Positions 36,963 to 45,080 of a stretch of 64,000 nucleotides of DNA are shown here, piece by piece. Each line of letters begins with the position of its first letter. Position 1 is the first letter of the stretch. The DNA comes from Escherichia phage MRostami-2023e. The stretch is from sequence record OQ031495, one strand, 5' to 3'. The notes under the pieces are model-generated. The model worked only from the letters and a program-made list of their open reading frames with translations, was not told the DNA's origin and ran no database searches. The translations under genes were made by a program, and so were the position numbers.

Positions 36963-37160
36963 ATGTCTCGTGAATTGGATTGTGCTGTACGTACGGCAGT
37001 AGCTGCTCTGGAAAACCTGTTCCAAATTGCAACAGAAGAACGCGAAGAAGTTACATTATGGATTGAAGATAACGCAGGTCTGAATCTCCAGGACGCGATC
37101 TCATTATCCCACAATAGTATCACTGTTCAAGGCTGGGTATCATCTAGTTATTCTTGCTAA
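36963..37160 (+). CDS. Hypothetical protein, paralog C (C-terminus QGWVSSSYSC)
   Basis: ORF track. Confidence 0.55.
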   Translation: MSRELDCAVRTAVAALENLFQIATEEREEVTLWIEDNAGLNLQDAISLSHNSITVQGWVSSSYSC

Positions 37161-37164
37161 AACA

Positions 37165-37202
37165 GTTTACAACAAGATAGGGCTATGTTATAGTAGTCCT
37201 AT
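37165..37202 (+). promoter_or_regulatory. Early promoter cassette (gtttac ... tatagt) with near-perfect inverted repeat atagggcta/tagtcctat bracketing the -10
   Basis: seen in sequence. Confidence 0.6.
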
Positions 37203-37222
37203 CAAATTAAATGGAGTTCACA

Positions 37223-37462
37223 ATGATTTATTACGAAAGTATCGGAACCGAAGTAGTTGCTAAAACTATTACTCGTGAAAAGTTTGCAAAGATATTCGAT
37301 ATGCGTTATAAAAAATCTGAACACAAAGGCATCCGATTCGAAGATGCGCACTGTACAATTTGCCCTTATAATGAAGACATAAACGGTACAATCGTTCCAT
37401 TGGTAGAGGCTTCACATGTCGACCTCTGGGATGAATATGATATCGCATGTCGTGAAATTTAA
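37223..37462 (+). CDS. Hypothetical protein (79 aa)
   Basis: ATG with SD ggag. Confidence 0.55.
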   Translation: MIYYESIGTEVVAKTITREKFAKIFDMRYKKSEHKGIRFEDAHCTICPYNEDINGTIVPLVEASHVDLWDEYDIACREI

Positions 37463-37490
37463 GTTAATGAATTAATCCGAGGAAAATATT

Positions 37491-38447
37491 ATGATGTTAG
37501 TTATTGGTTCTCGTGCACTTCACTATCACGGTCTTATTGATTCTAGCGCTATCAAAAATAGTGATTGGGACTTTATTGCGGACCAATGTTCTTGGAATGC
37601 ATTCAAAAATCAAATGATGGGTGTATATGTCCACCAAGATAACCCTGATGTCCAAGTTTTCAAATGCTTCCATAATGGACGCGAAACTCATTTTGAAGCA
37701 TATATTGTTCCGGCAATCACTAACGTTCGCGAACTAGTCGGTGAACTCACTCCTGAAGATTTCACGTCTTCTTATGACCTTTTAAAATACGCCAAGAAAA
37801 ATTTGACTAAAGACCGTTTGAACGGGTTTTACTGGGCAACTCCCGAGATATGTCTTGCAATTAAGATGTCTCATCGTTTCAAGAAAAATAATCCATTCTT
37901 TTTAAAGACTATGAACCATATTCAGTATCTTCGTGGTAAAGGTGTTACACTGAACGATGAACTTACTGAAATTATGCTGAAACGCCAGAAAGAAACCTTG
38001 AACTATGCTCACCCAGTTCTTGACACTTCTAAAAGTGCGTTCTTTAAAGATGACATCTATACATATGACCATGATACTATTCACGAAGCCATTGCGTTAA
38101 CAGGCCGCCCAGCGTATACATTTTATATGAAAGACGGTTCTGAAGTCATGACCTCACGTGAGAAGTTCGAATCGTTACCAGAAATGGTCAAATTGGCCGG
38201 TGTATATGAAGAATCATGTGTACTAGCATTAGAACGTTCTCAGATTCCTAATGACTTTAAAATTAACCCTGAAGCCAGTTTCATGATGGCATTAGAAAAA
38301 GTCTGCACAAGCATCACCTCCGGTTGGTTCCGTGAATACGCATACGAGAACTACAGCAAAGTTGTAAGTATGTATCATAAGCTCGGCAAAAATGATTACA
38401 TTAAACGGTTTAAAGAAAATTTTCATATGGTGAAACCTTTCAAATAA
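37491..38447 (+). CDS. Hypothetical protein (318 aa) with N-terminal G-S...D-x-D signature suggestive of a pol-beta-type nucleotidyltransferase fold
   Basis: VIGSRALHYHGLIDSSAIKNSDWDF; tentative motif-level call only. Confidence 0.5.
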   Translation: MMLVIGSRALHYHGLIDSSAIKNSDWDFIADQCSWNAFKNQMMGVYVHQDNPDVQVFKCFHNGRETHFEAYIVPAITNVRELVGELTPEDFTSSYDLLKYAKKNLTKDRLNGFYWATPEICLAIKMSHRFKKNNPFFLKTMNHIQYLRGKGVTLNDELTEIMLKRQKETLNYAHPVLDTSKSAFFKDDIYTYDHDTIHEAIALTGRPAYTFYMKDGSEVMTSREKFESLPEMVKLAGVYEESCVLALERSQIPNDFKINPEASFMMALEKVCTSITSGWFREYAYENYSKVVSMYHKLGKNDYIKRFKENFHMVKPFK

Positions 38448-38466
38448 CTTCACAAAACTGTTTACA

Positions 38467-38728
38467 NNNNNNNNNNNNNNNNNNNNNNNNNNNNNNNNNN
38501 NNNNNNNNNNNNNNNNNNNNNNNNNNNNNNNNNNNNNNNNNNNNNNNNNNNNNNNNNNNNNNNNNNNNNNNNNNNNNNNNNNNNNNNNNNNNNNNNNNNN
38601 NNNNNNNNNNNNNNNNNNNNNNNNNNNNNNNNNNNNNNNNNNNNNNNNNNNNNNNNNNNNNNNNNNNNNNNNNNNNNNNNNNNNNNNNNNNNNNNNNNNN
38701 NNNNNNNNNNNNNNNNNNNNNNNNNNNN
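38467..38728. other. N-masked run (262 nt), flanked on both sides by gtttaca promoter elements
   Basis: run of n. Confidence 1.
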
Positions 38729-38766
38729 GTTTACACAATTATAGGACTATGTTATAGTAGTCCTAT
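38729..38766 (+). promoter_or_regulatory. Early promoter cassette with perfect 9-bp inverted repeat ataggacta/tagtcctat around the -10
   Basis: gtttac ... gttatagt; RBS catgaggagaatattATG. Confidence 0.6.
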
Positions 38767-38786
38767 TAAAACATGAGGAGAATATT

Positions 38787-39092
38787 ATGAAATTAACAGA
38801 AACCAATCGAATTGGTCTTTTAACAATACTTGCATCACCTTTTTACGCAACTCTTTCTGTTGCGGTATTACAAAAGGCTTACAGTATGGATGGTGTTCCT
38901 GGTTGTATATTTTTATCACCATTTTTGCTATTCGTTGGAGCTTTGTTATTATATGCCACGTCTGGTTTCGACAATAATGTCTGGGTCAATTATAAACGTA
39001 AATTGTCTGAAGAAGAACACGCAGAAGCTCGTAAAAAAGCTATTGAATCTACCAATCTAGAAAATTTCATTAAAGAATGTCGAGGAAAATAA
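38787..39092 (+). CDS. Two-TM membrane protein, C-terminal FIKECR motif (family member 4)
   Basis: ends ...NLENFIKECRGK. Confidence 0.65.
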   Translation: MKLTETNRIGLLTILASPFYATLSVAVLQKAYSMDGVPGCIFLSPFLLFVGALLLYATSGFDNNVWVNYKRKLSEEEHAEARKKAIESTNLENFIKECRGK

Positions 39093-39093
39093 T

Positions 39094-39780
39094 ATGAATA
39101 GTTCTAAAGTGTTTAATAGTCAAGCTCGTGCAGTAGGTGGTTTTGCTCATGCGATTAAAAACGACCAGATTAAAAACGAGCCTATGTTCTTCAACTGTAG
39201 TTTAGAATTTGCTTATAATAACGGCGGTCCTATTACTCGCAGCTTCATCATGAACTTGCCAGATGATTGGAACACCGACCAGGTTGTATTTGATTCACGA
39301 GTCCACATGCTGATGCCTGGTTGGTACCCTGCTATCCCAGGTTATCACCATGACGATGTACCACGCCCGGATATTCCGGTTGGTCAACACTTTATTACTG
39401 CAGGACAACCTGACTATGACAATCCTCGCTATTTGTCTGAACATATTCTTGGTCTTGTTAACGCTGATGTGTGTCCTACTCATTTTGCAACAGGAACTGC
39501 AGAGTTCAGTCAGATTCCTGATGGCGAACTTATCTATCGTCAGTGGCACAAAGAAGTCCTCGAAAAAATTGAAAAAGGCGAACTAGAGAAATGGGAAGCT
39601 CCAGATCGTACTCTTCTTCAGTTTGATTGGCAAACATGGCACACTGGTTCTCGTGCAATTAGTAACGGATGGCGTTGGTTCGGACGTGTATCTCGTAATA
39701 CAGACCGAGTTAAAAAGATTACCAATGAAATTCGTGTCAATGCCCAAGTTTATCTGGAATTCCCTATGGAAGGCTGGTAA
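39094..39780 (+). CDS. Hypothetical protein (228 aa)
   Basis: ORF track. Confidence 0.6.
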   Translation: MNSSKVFNSQARAVGGFAHAIKNDQIKNEPMFFNCSLEFAYNNGGPITRSFIMNLPDDWNTDQVVFDSRVHMLMPGWYPAIPGYHHDDVPRPDIPVGQHFITAGQPDYDNPRYLSEHILGLVNADVCPTHFATGTAEFSQIPDGELIYRQWHKEVLEKIEKGELEKWEAPDRTLLQFDWQTWHTGSRAISNGWRWFGRVSRNTDRVKKITNEIRVNAQVYLEFPMEGW

Positions 39781-40271
39781 TGATTAACAAAACATATTGG
39801 TCTAATATAGACGATGGCAACGAAGGTATTTCATACTATTCAGTAGATTGGTCAGGATGTCCATCCTACTTAGTGAAGCATATTTGCCAAGAATTTAAAA
39901 TCGACCAGCCAGCAGGTATTATCGTGAACAGATACATTAATGGATATCAACCTATCGATGAAGTAATACGAACAACTCAAGCTGAGCTTGAAAAGTTTTT
40001 CAATAAGTGCCAATGGATAACAGGATGGATTATATTTGTACCGTCGGTATGGTTTTTTAGTACTAAGGTGAGTTCTTTCGGTTTTGTTGATATTATTGCT
40101 ATCTTATTAGCATCTACTATCGTAAGTATTATTGGTGGCATCATTGGCGGCGGTACCGCCGCCATCATTATTAATCTTGTTAAAAGTAGTTTACAGGAAC
40201 GTAAAGACAGGATAAAGGCCAAGAATAATGAAGTTGAACGTTTTATTACCGAATGCAGGAATTTGAGATGA
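39780..40271 (+). CDS. Two-TM membrane protein, C-terminal FITECR motif (family member 5)
   Basis: ends ...VERFITECRNLR. Confidence 0.65.
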   Translation: MINKTYWSNIDDGNEGISYYSVDWSGCPSYLVKHICQEFKIDQPAGIIVNRYINGYQPIDEVIRTTQAELEKFFNKCQWITGWIIFVPSVWFFSTKVSSFGFVDIIAILLASTIVSIIGGIIGGGTAAIIINLVKSSLQERKDRIKAKNNEVERFITECRNLR

Positions 40272-40504
40272 GTATAGCAATTTACATTAAATCAGAATCA
40301 TGTGATAGTTATCTATACACATACGATAAAGATGTGTCAGAAGAAAAAATCAAAGACGACCTTAATATGGACCTTGATATGTTCTGTCCTATTGCAGATT
40401 ACAAACTTGCGGTCTCTAATAGTGAAAGTCCATCTAAAGAAACGCGCATTGAAGAATTTATGTCCGAATTAATGGCCAAATCATGGGACCGAGATGATGA
40501 GTAA
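40268..40504 (+). CDS. Hypothetical acidic protein (78 aa)
   Basis: ATG overlapping previous stop region. Confidence 0.5.
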   Translation: MSIAIYIKSESCDSYLYTYDKDVSEEKIKDDLNMDLDMFCPIADYKLAVSNSESPSKETRIEEFMSELMAKSWDRDDE

Positions 40505-40952
40505 GAAAAATAAAGTGAAAGAACTATCAGCCGGTATTATTTTCCTTACCGAAGATAAAGAATTATTCATGGGGCGTGTAACTGGTTCTCGTCCTAAAGG
40601 TTCTTTAGCTCATCGGTGGGATATTCCTAAAGGACGTGTCGAGCCCGGTGAATCTCCTATCGAAGCCGCTATTCGCGAATGCGAAGAAGAAACTGGGTTT
40701 ACACAATATGACCCTGCCTTCCTGAAAGACCTAGGTGAACATCATTACTCAGACAATAAGAATATTCATCTGTTCCTATATACCATCCCTGTAGAGCACG
40801 AGCAATTCAGAAACAGTGTTTGTAATTCCTATCATACGTTCCCAGACGGACGTCAGATTCCTGAATTTGATGCATTCGCTTTAATTAAACCTTCTCAATG
40901 GGAATATGTAATGGGCAAATCATTATATAAGGTGCTCACTACCCTCCTATAA
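40494..40952 (+). CDS. nudE: Nudix hydrolase NudE (T4 e.1)
   Basis: Nudix box GRVEPGESPIEAAIRECEEETGF; directly upstream of lysozyme gene. Confidence 0.85.
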   Translation: MMSKKNKVKELSAGIIFLTEDKELFMGRVTGSRPKGSLAHRWDIPKGRVEPGESPIEAAIRECEEETGFTQYDPAFLKDLGEHHYSDNKNIHLFLYTIPVEHEQFRNSVCNSYHTFPDGRQIPEFDAFALIKPSQWEYVMGKSLYKVLTTLL

Positions 40953-40959
40953 GTAATAA

Positions 40960-40985
40960 ATACCTCCTATAAACGTGGGAGGTAT
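40960..40985 (+). promoter_or_regulatory. Hairpin sequestering the lysozyme SD (atacctcc / ggaggtat), late-promoter-like tataaacg in loop
   Basis: 8-bp inverted repeat; ggagg SD in right arm, ATG at 40987. Confidence 0.55.
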
Positions 40986-40986
40986 T

Positions 40987-41475
40987 ATGAATATATTTGA
41001 AATGCTTCGTAATGACGAAGGTCTTAGACTGACTTTATACAAAGACACTGAAGGCTTTTGGACGATTGGCATAGGCCATTTAGTAACAAAGAACCCGTCT
41101 TTAGCCGTAGCTAAAGCTGAACTTGACAGAATGATCGGACGTAAATGCAACGGTACAATTACCCTTGATGAGGCCGAAAAGCTATTTAATGAAGACGTTG
41201 ATAAAGCCGTTCGCGGAATCTTGGGTAATGCTAAACTTAAACCGGTATATGATTCTTTAGATGCGGTTCGTCGTTGTGCATTGGTCAATATGGTCTTCCA
41301 AATGGGTGTAGCAGGCGTCGCCGGTTTTACTAATTCTCTTCGTATGCTTCAACAGAAACGTTGGGATGAAGCGGCAGTAAATCTAGCCCAATCTAAATGG
41401 TATCGTCAGACACCTAATCGCGCGAAACGCGTAATCTCAACATTTAAAACAGGAACTTGGAAAGCGTATATATGA
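40987..41475 (+). CDS. e: Endolysin (T4 lysozyme, gene e)
   Basis: [32 protein letters not shown]... matches T4 lysozyme as recalled; 162 aa. Confidence 0.95.
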   Translation: MNIFEMLRNDEGLRLTLYKDTEGFWTIGIGHLVTKNPSLAVAKAELDRMIGRKCNGTITLDEAEKLFNEDVDKAVRGILGNAKLKPVYDSLDAVRRCALVNMVFQMGVAGVAGFTNSLRMLQQKRWDEAAVNLAQSKWYRQTPNRAKRVISTFKTGTWKAYI

Positions 41476-41753
41476 AAACATATAGTGAATTTTTATCAGA
41501 ATCTATTCTTAACGAAGCTACTGACACATTTGCAACTAAGCTAGGTGCAGCTTTGGTTGAAGCCGAAAGTCTACTAGCACGTATTTCTGAACTTGCTAGT
41601 AAGATAGATACTCGCAAATTTGAACGTACTAGCGATATCGCTAAGCTTGAAGCCTTGTTACGTATGTGCAATAAACCGGAAGAAATCGCTAAGAACGGCT
41701 CGCTGATGAAACAACGTCTTGAAAAATATATTTCAGGCGCTTCAGAAAAATAG
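41472..41753 (+). CDS. Internal-protein-like gene with capsid-targeting sequence ([10 protein letters not shown])
   Basis: ATGA overlap with e stop; CTS N-terminus; position of T4 ipIII. Confidence 0.65.
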   Translation: MKTYSEFLSESILNEATDTFATKLGAALVEAESLLARISELASKIDTRKFERTSDIAKLEALLRMCNKPEEIAKNGSLMKQRLEKYISGASEK

Positions 41754-41811
41754 TGTTTACTTCCTCCAAGGGTTTTGATACTATACATTCATCAACTACT
41801 TGGAGGAAATT

Positions 41812-42348
41812 ATGACTCGTATCAATTTAACACTTGTTTCTGAACTGACCGACCAACATCTTATGGCTGAGTATCGTGAATTACCACGCGTATTTGGTGC
41901 AGTCCGTAAACATGTTCAAAACGGTAAACGTGTAAAGGATTTTAAAATCTCTCCAACATTTATCTTAGGCACAGGTCACGTAACATTCTTTTACGACAAA
42001 CTTGAATTTTTACGTTTAAGACAAATCGAGCTAATCGCTGAATGTTTGAAACGTGGTTTCAAAATCAAGGACACGACAGTCCAGGATATTTCCGACATCC
42101 CTGCCGAATTTCGTAATAATTATGTCCCGTCCGAAGCGTCCATTGCGATAAGTCAAGCACGCTTAGATGAAAAAATTGCTCAACGTCCGACTTGGTACAA
42201 ATACTATGGTAAATCAATTTACCAAGGAAAAATGAAAATGTATCAAGAATTTATCATTGAAGCAGATGCCAAAGGTCCTAAAGTAGATGTTGACGATATT
42301 GGATACGATTTTAACAACTTCGGAATTATTTCTGGCGGTAAAGCTTAA
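41812..42348 (+). CDS. denV: Endonuclease V (pyrimidine-dimer DNA glycosylase) with C-terminal in-frame extension into a CTS-bearing mini-ORF
   Basis: First ~136 aa match T4 DenV as recalled; ORF lacks a stop at the expected position and continues ...[17 protein letters not shown]... to 42348. Confidence 0.85.
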   Translation: MTRINLTLVSELTDQHLMAEYRELPRVFGAVRKHVQNGKRVKDFKISPTFILGTGHVTFFYDKLEFLRLRQIELIAECLKRGFKIKDTTVQDISDIPAEFRNNYVPSEASIAISQARLDEKIAQRPTWYKYYGKSIYQGKMKMYQEFIIEADAKGPKVDVDDIGYDFNNFGIISGGKA

Positions 42349-42351
42349 ATT

Positions 42352-42381
42352 GTTTACGCTTAAGTATTAATATGGTATAAT
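42352..42381 (+). promoter_or_regulatory. Early promoter (gtttac N18 tataat)
   Basis: seen in sequence. Confidence 0.6.
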
Positions 42382-42411
42382 TACTCTATCAAAACAAACA
42401 AGGAAACAAAA

Positions 42412-42729
42412 ATGAAAACATATAAAGAATTTATCGCCGAATCTGCTGCAGGACAACGTGTAGAAGGTGGTTATATCTGGATTGAACAAGTTGAGCCGCC
42501 AAGTCGCACTTCTACAGGTAAATGGAAAATCACTGTTGATGGTCCTGGTGGTAAACGTAGGACTCTTAAAGAAATTAATGGGTACTATGAAGAAGCTCTT
42601 TCTGACGCGGGTACTTATATGATGCAAATCATGATTAAAAACCCAGAAAATCGTTTTGCGGCTAGAGTTTTCCGCCGTATTGGAAATAAGCTTTATGATG
42701 CATATTCTAAAAACTTCCCTAAAGAATAA
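42412..42729 (+). CDS. Internal-protein-like gene with capsid-targeting sequence (MKTYKEFIAE)
   Basis: 105 aa; CTS N-terminus; own promoter. Confidence 0.65.
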   Translation: MKTYKEFIAESAAGQRVEGGYIWIEQVEPPSRTSTGKWKITVDGPGGKRRTLKEINGYYEEALSDAGTYMMQIMIKNPENRFAARVFRRIGNKLYDAYSKNFPKE

Positions 42730-42745
42730 AAATTAAAGGAAACAT

Positions 42746-42777
42746 ATGAAAACATATCAAGAATTTATTACTGAAGC
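42746..42777 (+). CDS. Start of another CTS gene (MKTYQEFITE), remainder N-masked
   Basis: 10 readable codons then N-masked run. Confidence 0.5.
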
Positions 42778-43217
42778 NNNNNNNNNNNNNNNNNNNNNNN
42801 NNNNNNNNNNNNNNNNNNNNNNNNNNNNNNNNNNNNNNNNNNNNNNNNNNNNNNNNNNNNNNNNNNNNNNNNNNNNNNNNNNNNNNNNNNNNNNNNNNNN
42901 NNNNNNNNNNNNNNNNNNNNNNNNNNNNNNNNNNNNNNNNNNNNNNNNNNNNNNNNNNNNNNNNNNNNNNNNNNNNNNNNNNNNNNNNNNNNNNNNNNNN
43001 NNNNNNNNNNNNNNNNNNNNNNNNNNNNNNNNNNNNNNNNNNNNNNNNNNNNNNNNNNNNNNNNNNNNNNNNNNNNNNNNNNNNNNNNNNNNNNNNNNNN
43101 NNNNNNNNNNNNNNNNNNNNNNNNNNNNNNNNNNNNNNNNNNNNNNNNNNNNNNNNNNNNNNNNNNNNNNNNNNNNNNNNNNNNNNNNNNNNNNNNNNNN
43201 NNNNNNNNNNNNNNNNN
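42778..43217. other. N-masked run (440 nt)
   Basis: run of n. Confidence 1.
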
Positions 43218-43381
43218 TATTTACATTCAAATAACATGGGAACAACCTGGACCTCATGATTCTATGAGGGATTCCCGCCAACCTGTAATAAGGTCGAGCC
43301 CAAGTGCGGTAATGGGTTTACATAGCGAGTCGAAGGACCTAACATGTGCCACGGAATGGCCCAAACCTTAAGAGAAATAAT
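43218..43381 (+). ncRNA. Non-coding, noticeably GC-richer segment with several short hairpins; candidate structured RNA (5' part masked)
   Basis: No credible ORF; cctcatg-attct-atgagg hairpin; composition unlike flanking AT-rich intergenic DNA. Confidence 0.3.
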
Positions 43382-43921
43382 ATGAGAACATTTTTAACTG
43401 GACCTTATCTATCCCTGATGAATGCTTTTACACACCATTCTGATGCTAGAGTAGAAGAAATTTGTAAGAACGGATATGTCCCACCATTTGAAGACGTACT
43501 CAAGCAGTACTGTACACTTCGTTTAGACGGCGGCCGACAATCAGGTAAATCAATTGCTGTGACTAACTTTGCTGCTAATTGGCTGTATGATGGTGGAACG
43601 GTTATTGTTCTTTCTAATACTTCAGCTTATGCTAAAATTTCTGCTGGCAACATTGAAAAAGAATTTTCTCGTTATTCTAGCGACGATATTCGATTCCGTT
43701 TATTTACTGATTCTGTTCGTAGTTTTATTGGCAATGAAGGTTCTAAATTCCGTGGATTAACGCTTTCTCGTATTCTGTATATAATTGACGAGCCTATTAA
43801 AGCTCCTGATATGGATAAGATTTACAATGTCCATATTAAAACAGTACAGTACTGCTGTAAAAGCAAATATTGCATCGGCGGTAATGCTCGTCCTCAATTT
43901 TTTGTGATTGGAATGCAATGA
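43382..43921 (+). CDS. Small P-loop NTPase-like protein (180 aa)
   Basis: Walker A GGRQSGKS, Walker-B-like LYIIDEP. Confidence 0.55.
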   Translation: MRTFLTGPYLSLMNAFTHHSDARVEEICKNGYVPPFEDVLKQYCTLRLDGGRQSGKSIAVTNFAANWLYDGGTVIVLSNTSAYAKISAGNIEKEFSRYSSDDIRFRLFTDSVRSFIGNEGSKFRGLTLSRILYIIDEPIKAPDMDKIYNVHIKTVQYCCKSKYCIGGNARPQFFVIGMQ

Positions 43922-44226
43922 TGACCACTATTGAAGTTTTTGAATATTGTTATAACAGTCCAGTATGCAATAAAAGGGCCCTTGTAGAAAATTACGAGAT
44001 TTACCATTTTAAACCTAAACGATATCGTTTGACTAAAGGTCCGTTCGCAGGGCAGCAGGTTCTTTGTACTGCTCCTAATGCACGACTGATGACTAGTATT
44101 CCACATTTCAAAATGGAATTTATTGATGGGCCATTTAAGGGATTAATCACTCAAAGTTTAATGGCGTTTAATTCCGTCCCATTTTTGATTAAAGAAAAAA
44201 CTTGGATAAATTTATTTTCTAATTGA
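43918..44226 (+). CDS. Hypothetical protein (102 aa)
   Basis: ORF track; ATGA-coupled. Confidence 0.55.
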   Translation: MMTTIEVFEYCYNSPVCNKRALVENYEIYHFKPKRYRLTKGPFAGQQVLCTAPNARLMTSIPHFKMEFIDGPFKGLITQSLMAFNSVPFLIKEKTWINLFSN

Positions 44227-44232
44227 GGTTAT

Positions 44233-44595
44233 ATGAAAGCATATCAAATTCTTGAAGGCACACACAAAGGCACTATTTATTTTGAAGACGGTACTCAAGC
44301 CCGGATTATTGTCTCTAAGACTTTTAAAGAAGACGCTATTGTAGACCCGGAAATTTTCTACGGTTTGCATGCCCGTGAAATTGAAATTGAACATCAACCT
44401 AAAGTTAAAATTGAAGGTGGTCAACATCTGAACGTTAACGTTCTGCGTCGTGAAACTCTGGAAGATGCAGTTAAGCATCCAGAAAAATATCCGCAGTTGA
44501 CCATCCGTGTATCCGGTTATGCAGTTCGCTTTAACTCTCTGACTCCGGAACAGCAGCGCGACGTTATCGCTCGTACCTTTACTGAGAGTCTATAA
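44233..44595 (+). CDS. Autonomous glycyl-radical cofactor (GrcA/YfiD-like; T4 Y06I-type)
   Basis: C-terminal half ...[60 protein letters not shown] matches E. coli GrcA as recalled, including RVSGY glycyl-radical motif. Confidence 0.9.
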   Translation: MKAYQILEGTHKGTIYFEDGTQARIIVSKTFKEDAIVDPEIFYGLHAREIEIEHQPKVKIEGGQHLNVNVLRRETLEDAVKHPEKYPQLTIRVSGYAVRFNSLTPEQQRDVIARTFTESL

Positions 44596-44819
44596 TGGCT
44601 AAATTGATTATAGAAGGGTCTGAAGATGTTTTAAAATGTTTTGCCGCCTGGTTTAGTTGCTCAGGCGAGCAATCATTCATTGAAGCATTTAGAATGGGTG
44701 ATATTACTGGAAACTATCCGGCAACTGATATCACTGTACGTGGATATGGTATTAATGAGCCTATCCAATTGGTCGAATATGACCTTGCCACCGATGAGGA
44801 AATTCCTTATGTCGATTGA
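44595..44819 (+). CDS. Hypothetical protein (74 aa)
   Basis: ORF track. Confidence 0.5.
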   Translation: MAKLIIEGSEDVLKCFAAWFSCSGEQSFIEAFRMGDITGNYPATDITVRGYGINEPIQLVEYDLATDEEIPYVD

Positions 44820-45075
44820 AGATATTAAAGGCTACAAGCCACATACCGACGATAAAATCGGTAAAGTGAACGCTATTAAAGATGCAGAAGTCCGTCTTGG
44901 ATTGTTGTTTGATGCTCTGATTGAAGAAGCATATATCTTGAAAGAAAATGAAACAGAGCAACAAACCAAAGAAGATATGGATGCAGTACAGGCTCTTAAG
45001 TATGCTAAGCAACATCTAAAAGAAGCCAGCATGTGGGCCTGTCGTGCAGTATTTCGACCTGAGGAAAAATACTAA
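44809..45075 (+). CDS. Hypothetical protein (88 aa)
   Basis: Internal ATG of ORF 44641..45075 chosen to avoid overlap with upstream gene. Confidence 0.45.
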   Translation: MSIEDIKGYKPHTDDKIGKVNAIKDAEVRLGLLFDALIEEAYILKENETEQQTKEDMDAVQALKYAKQHLKEASMWACRAVFRPEEKY

Positions 45076-45080
45076 TGGCT

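Noticed and set aside
42719-43281. ORFs consisting mostly of X (e.g. 42719..43237, 45072..45287, 49194..49652)
   Set aside because: Translations of N-masked runs, not real coding evidence
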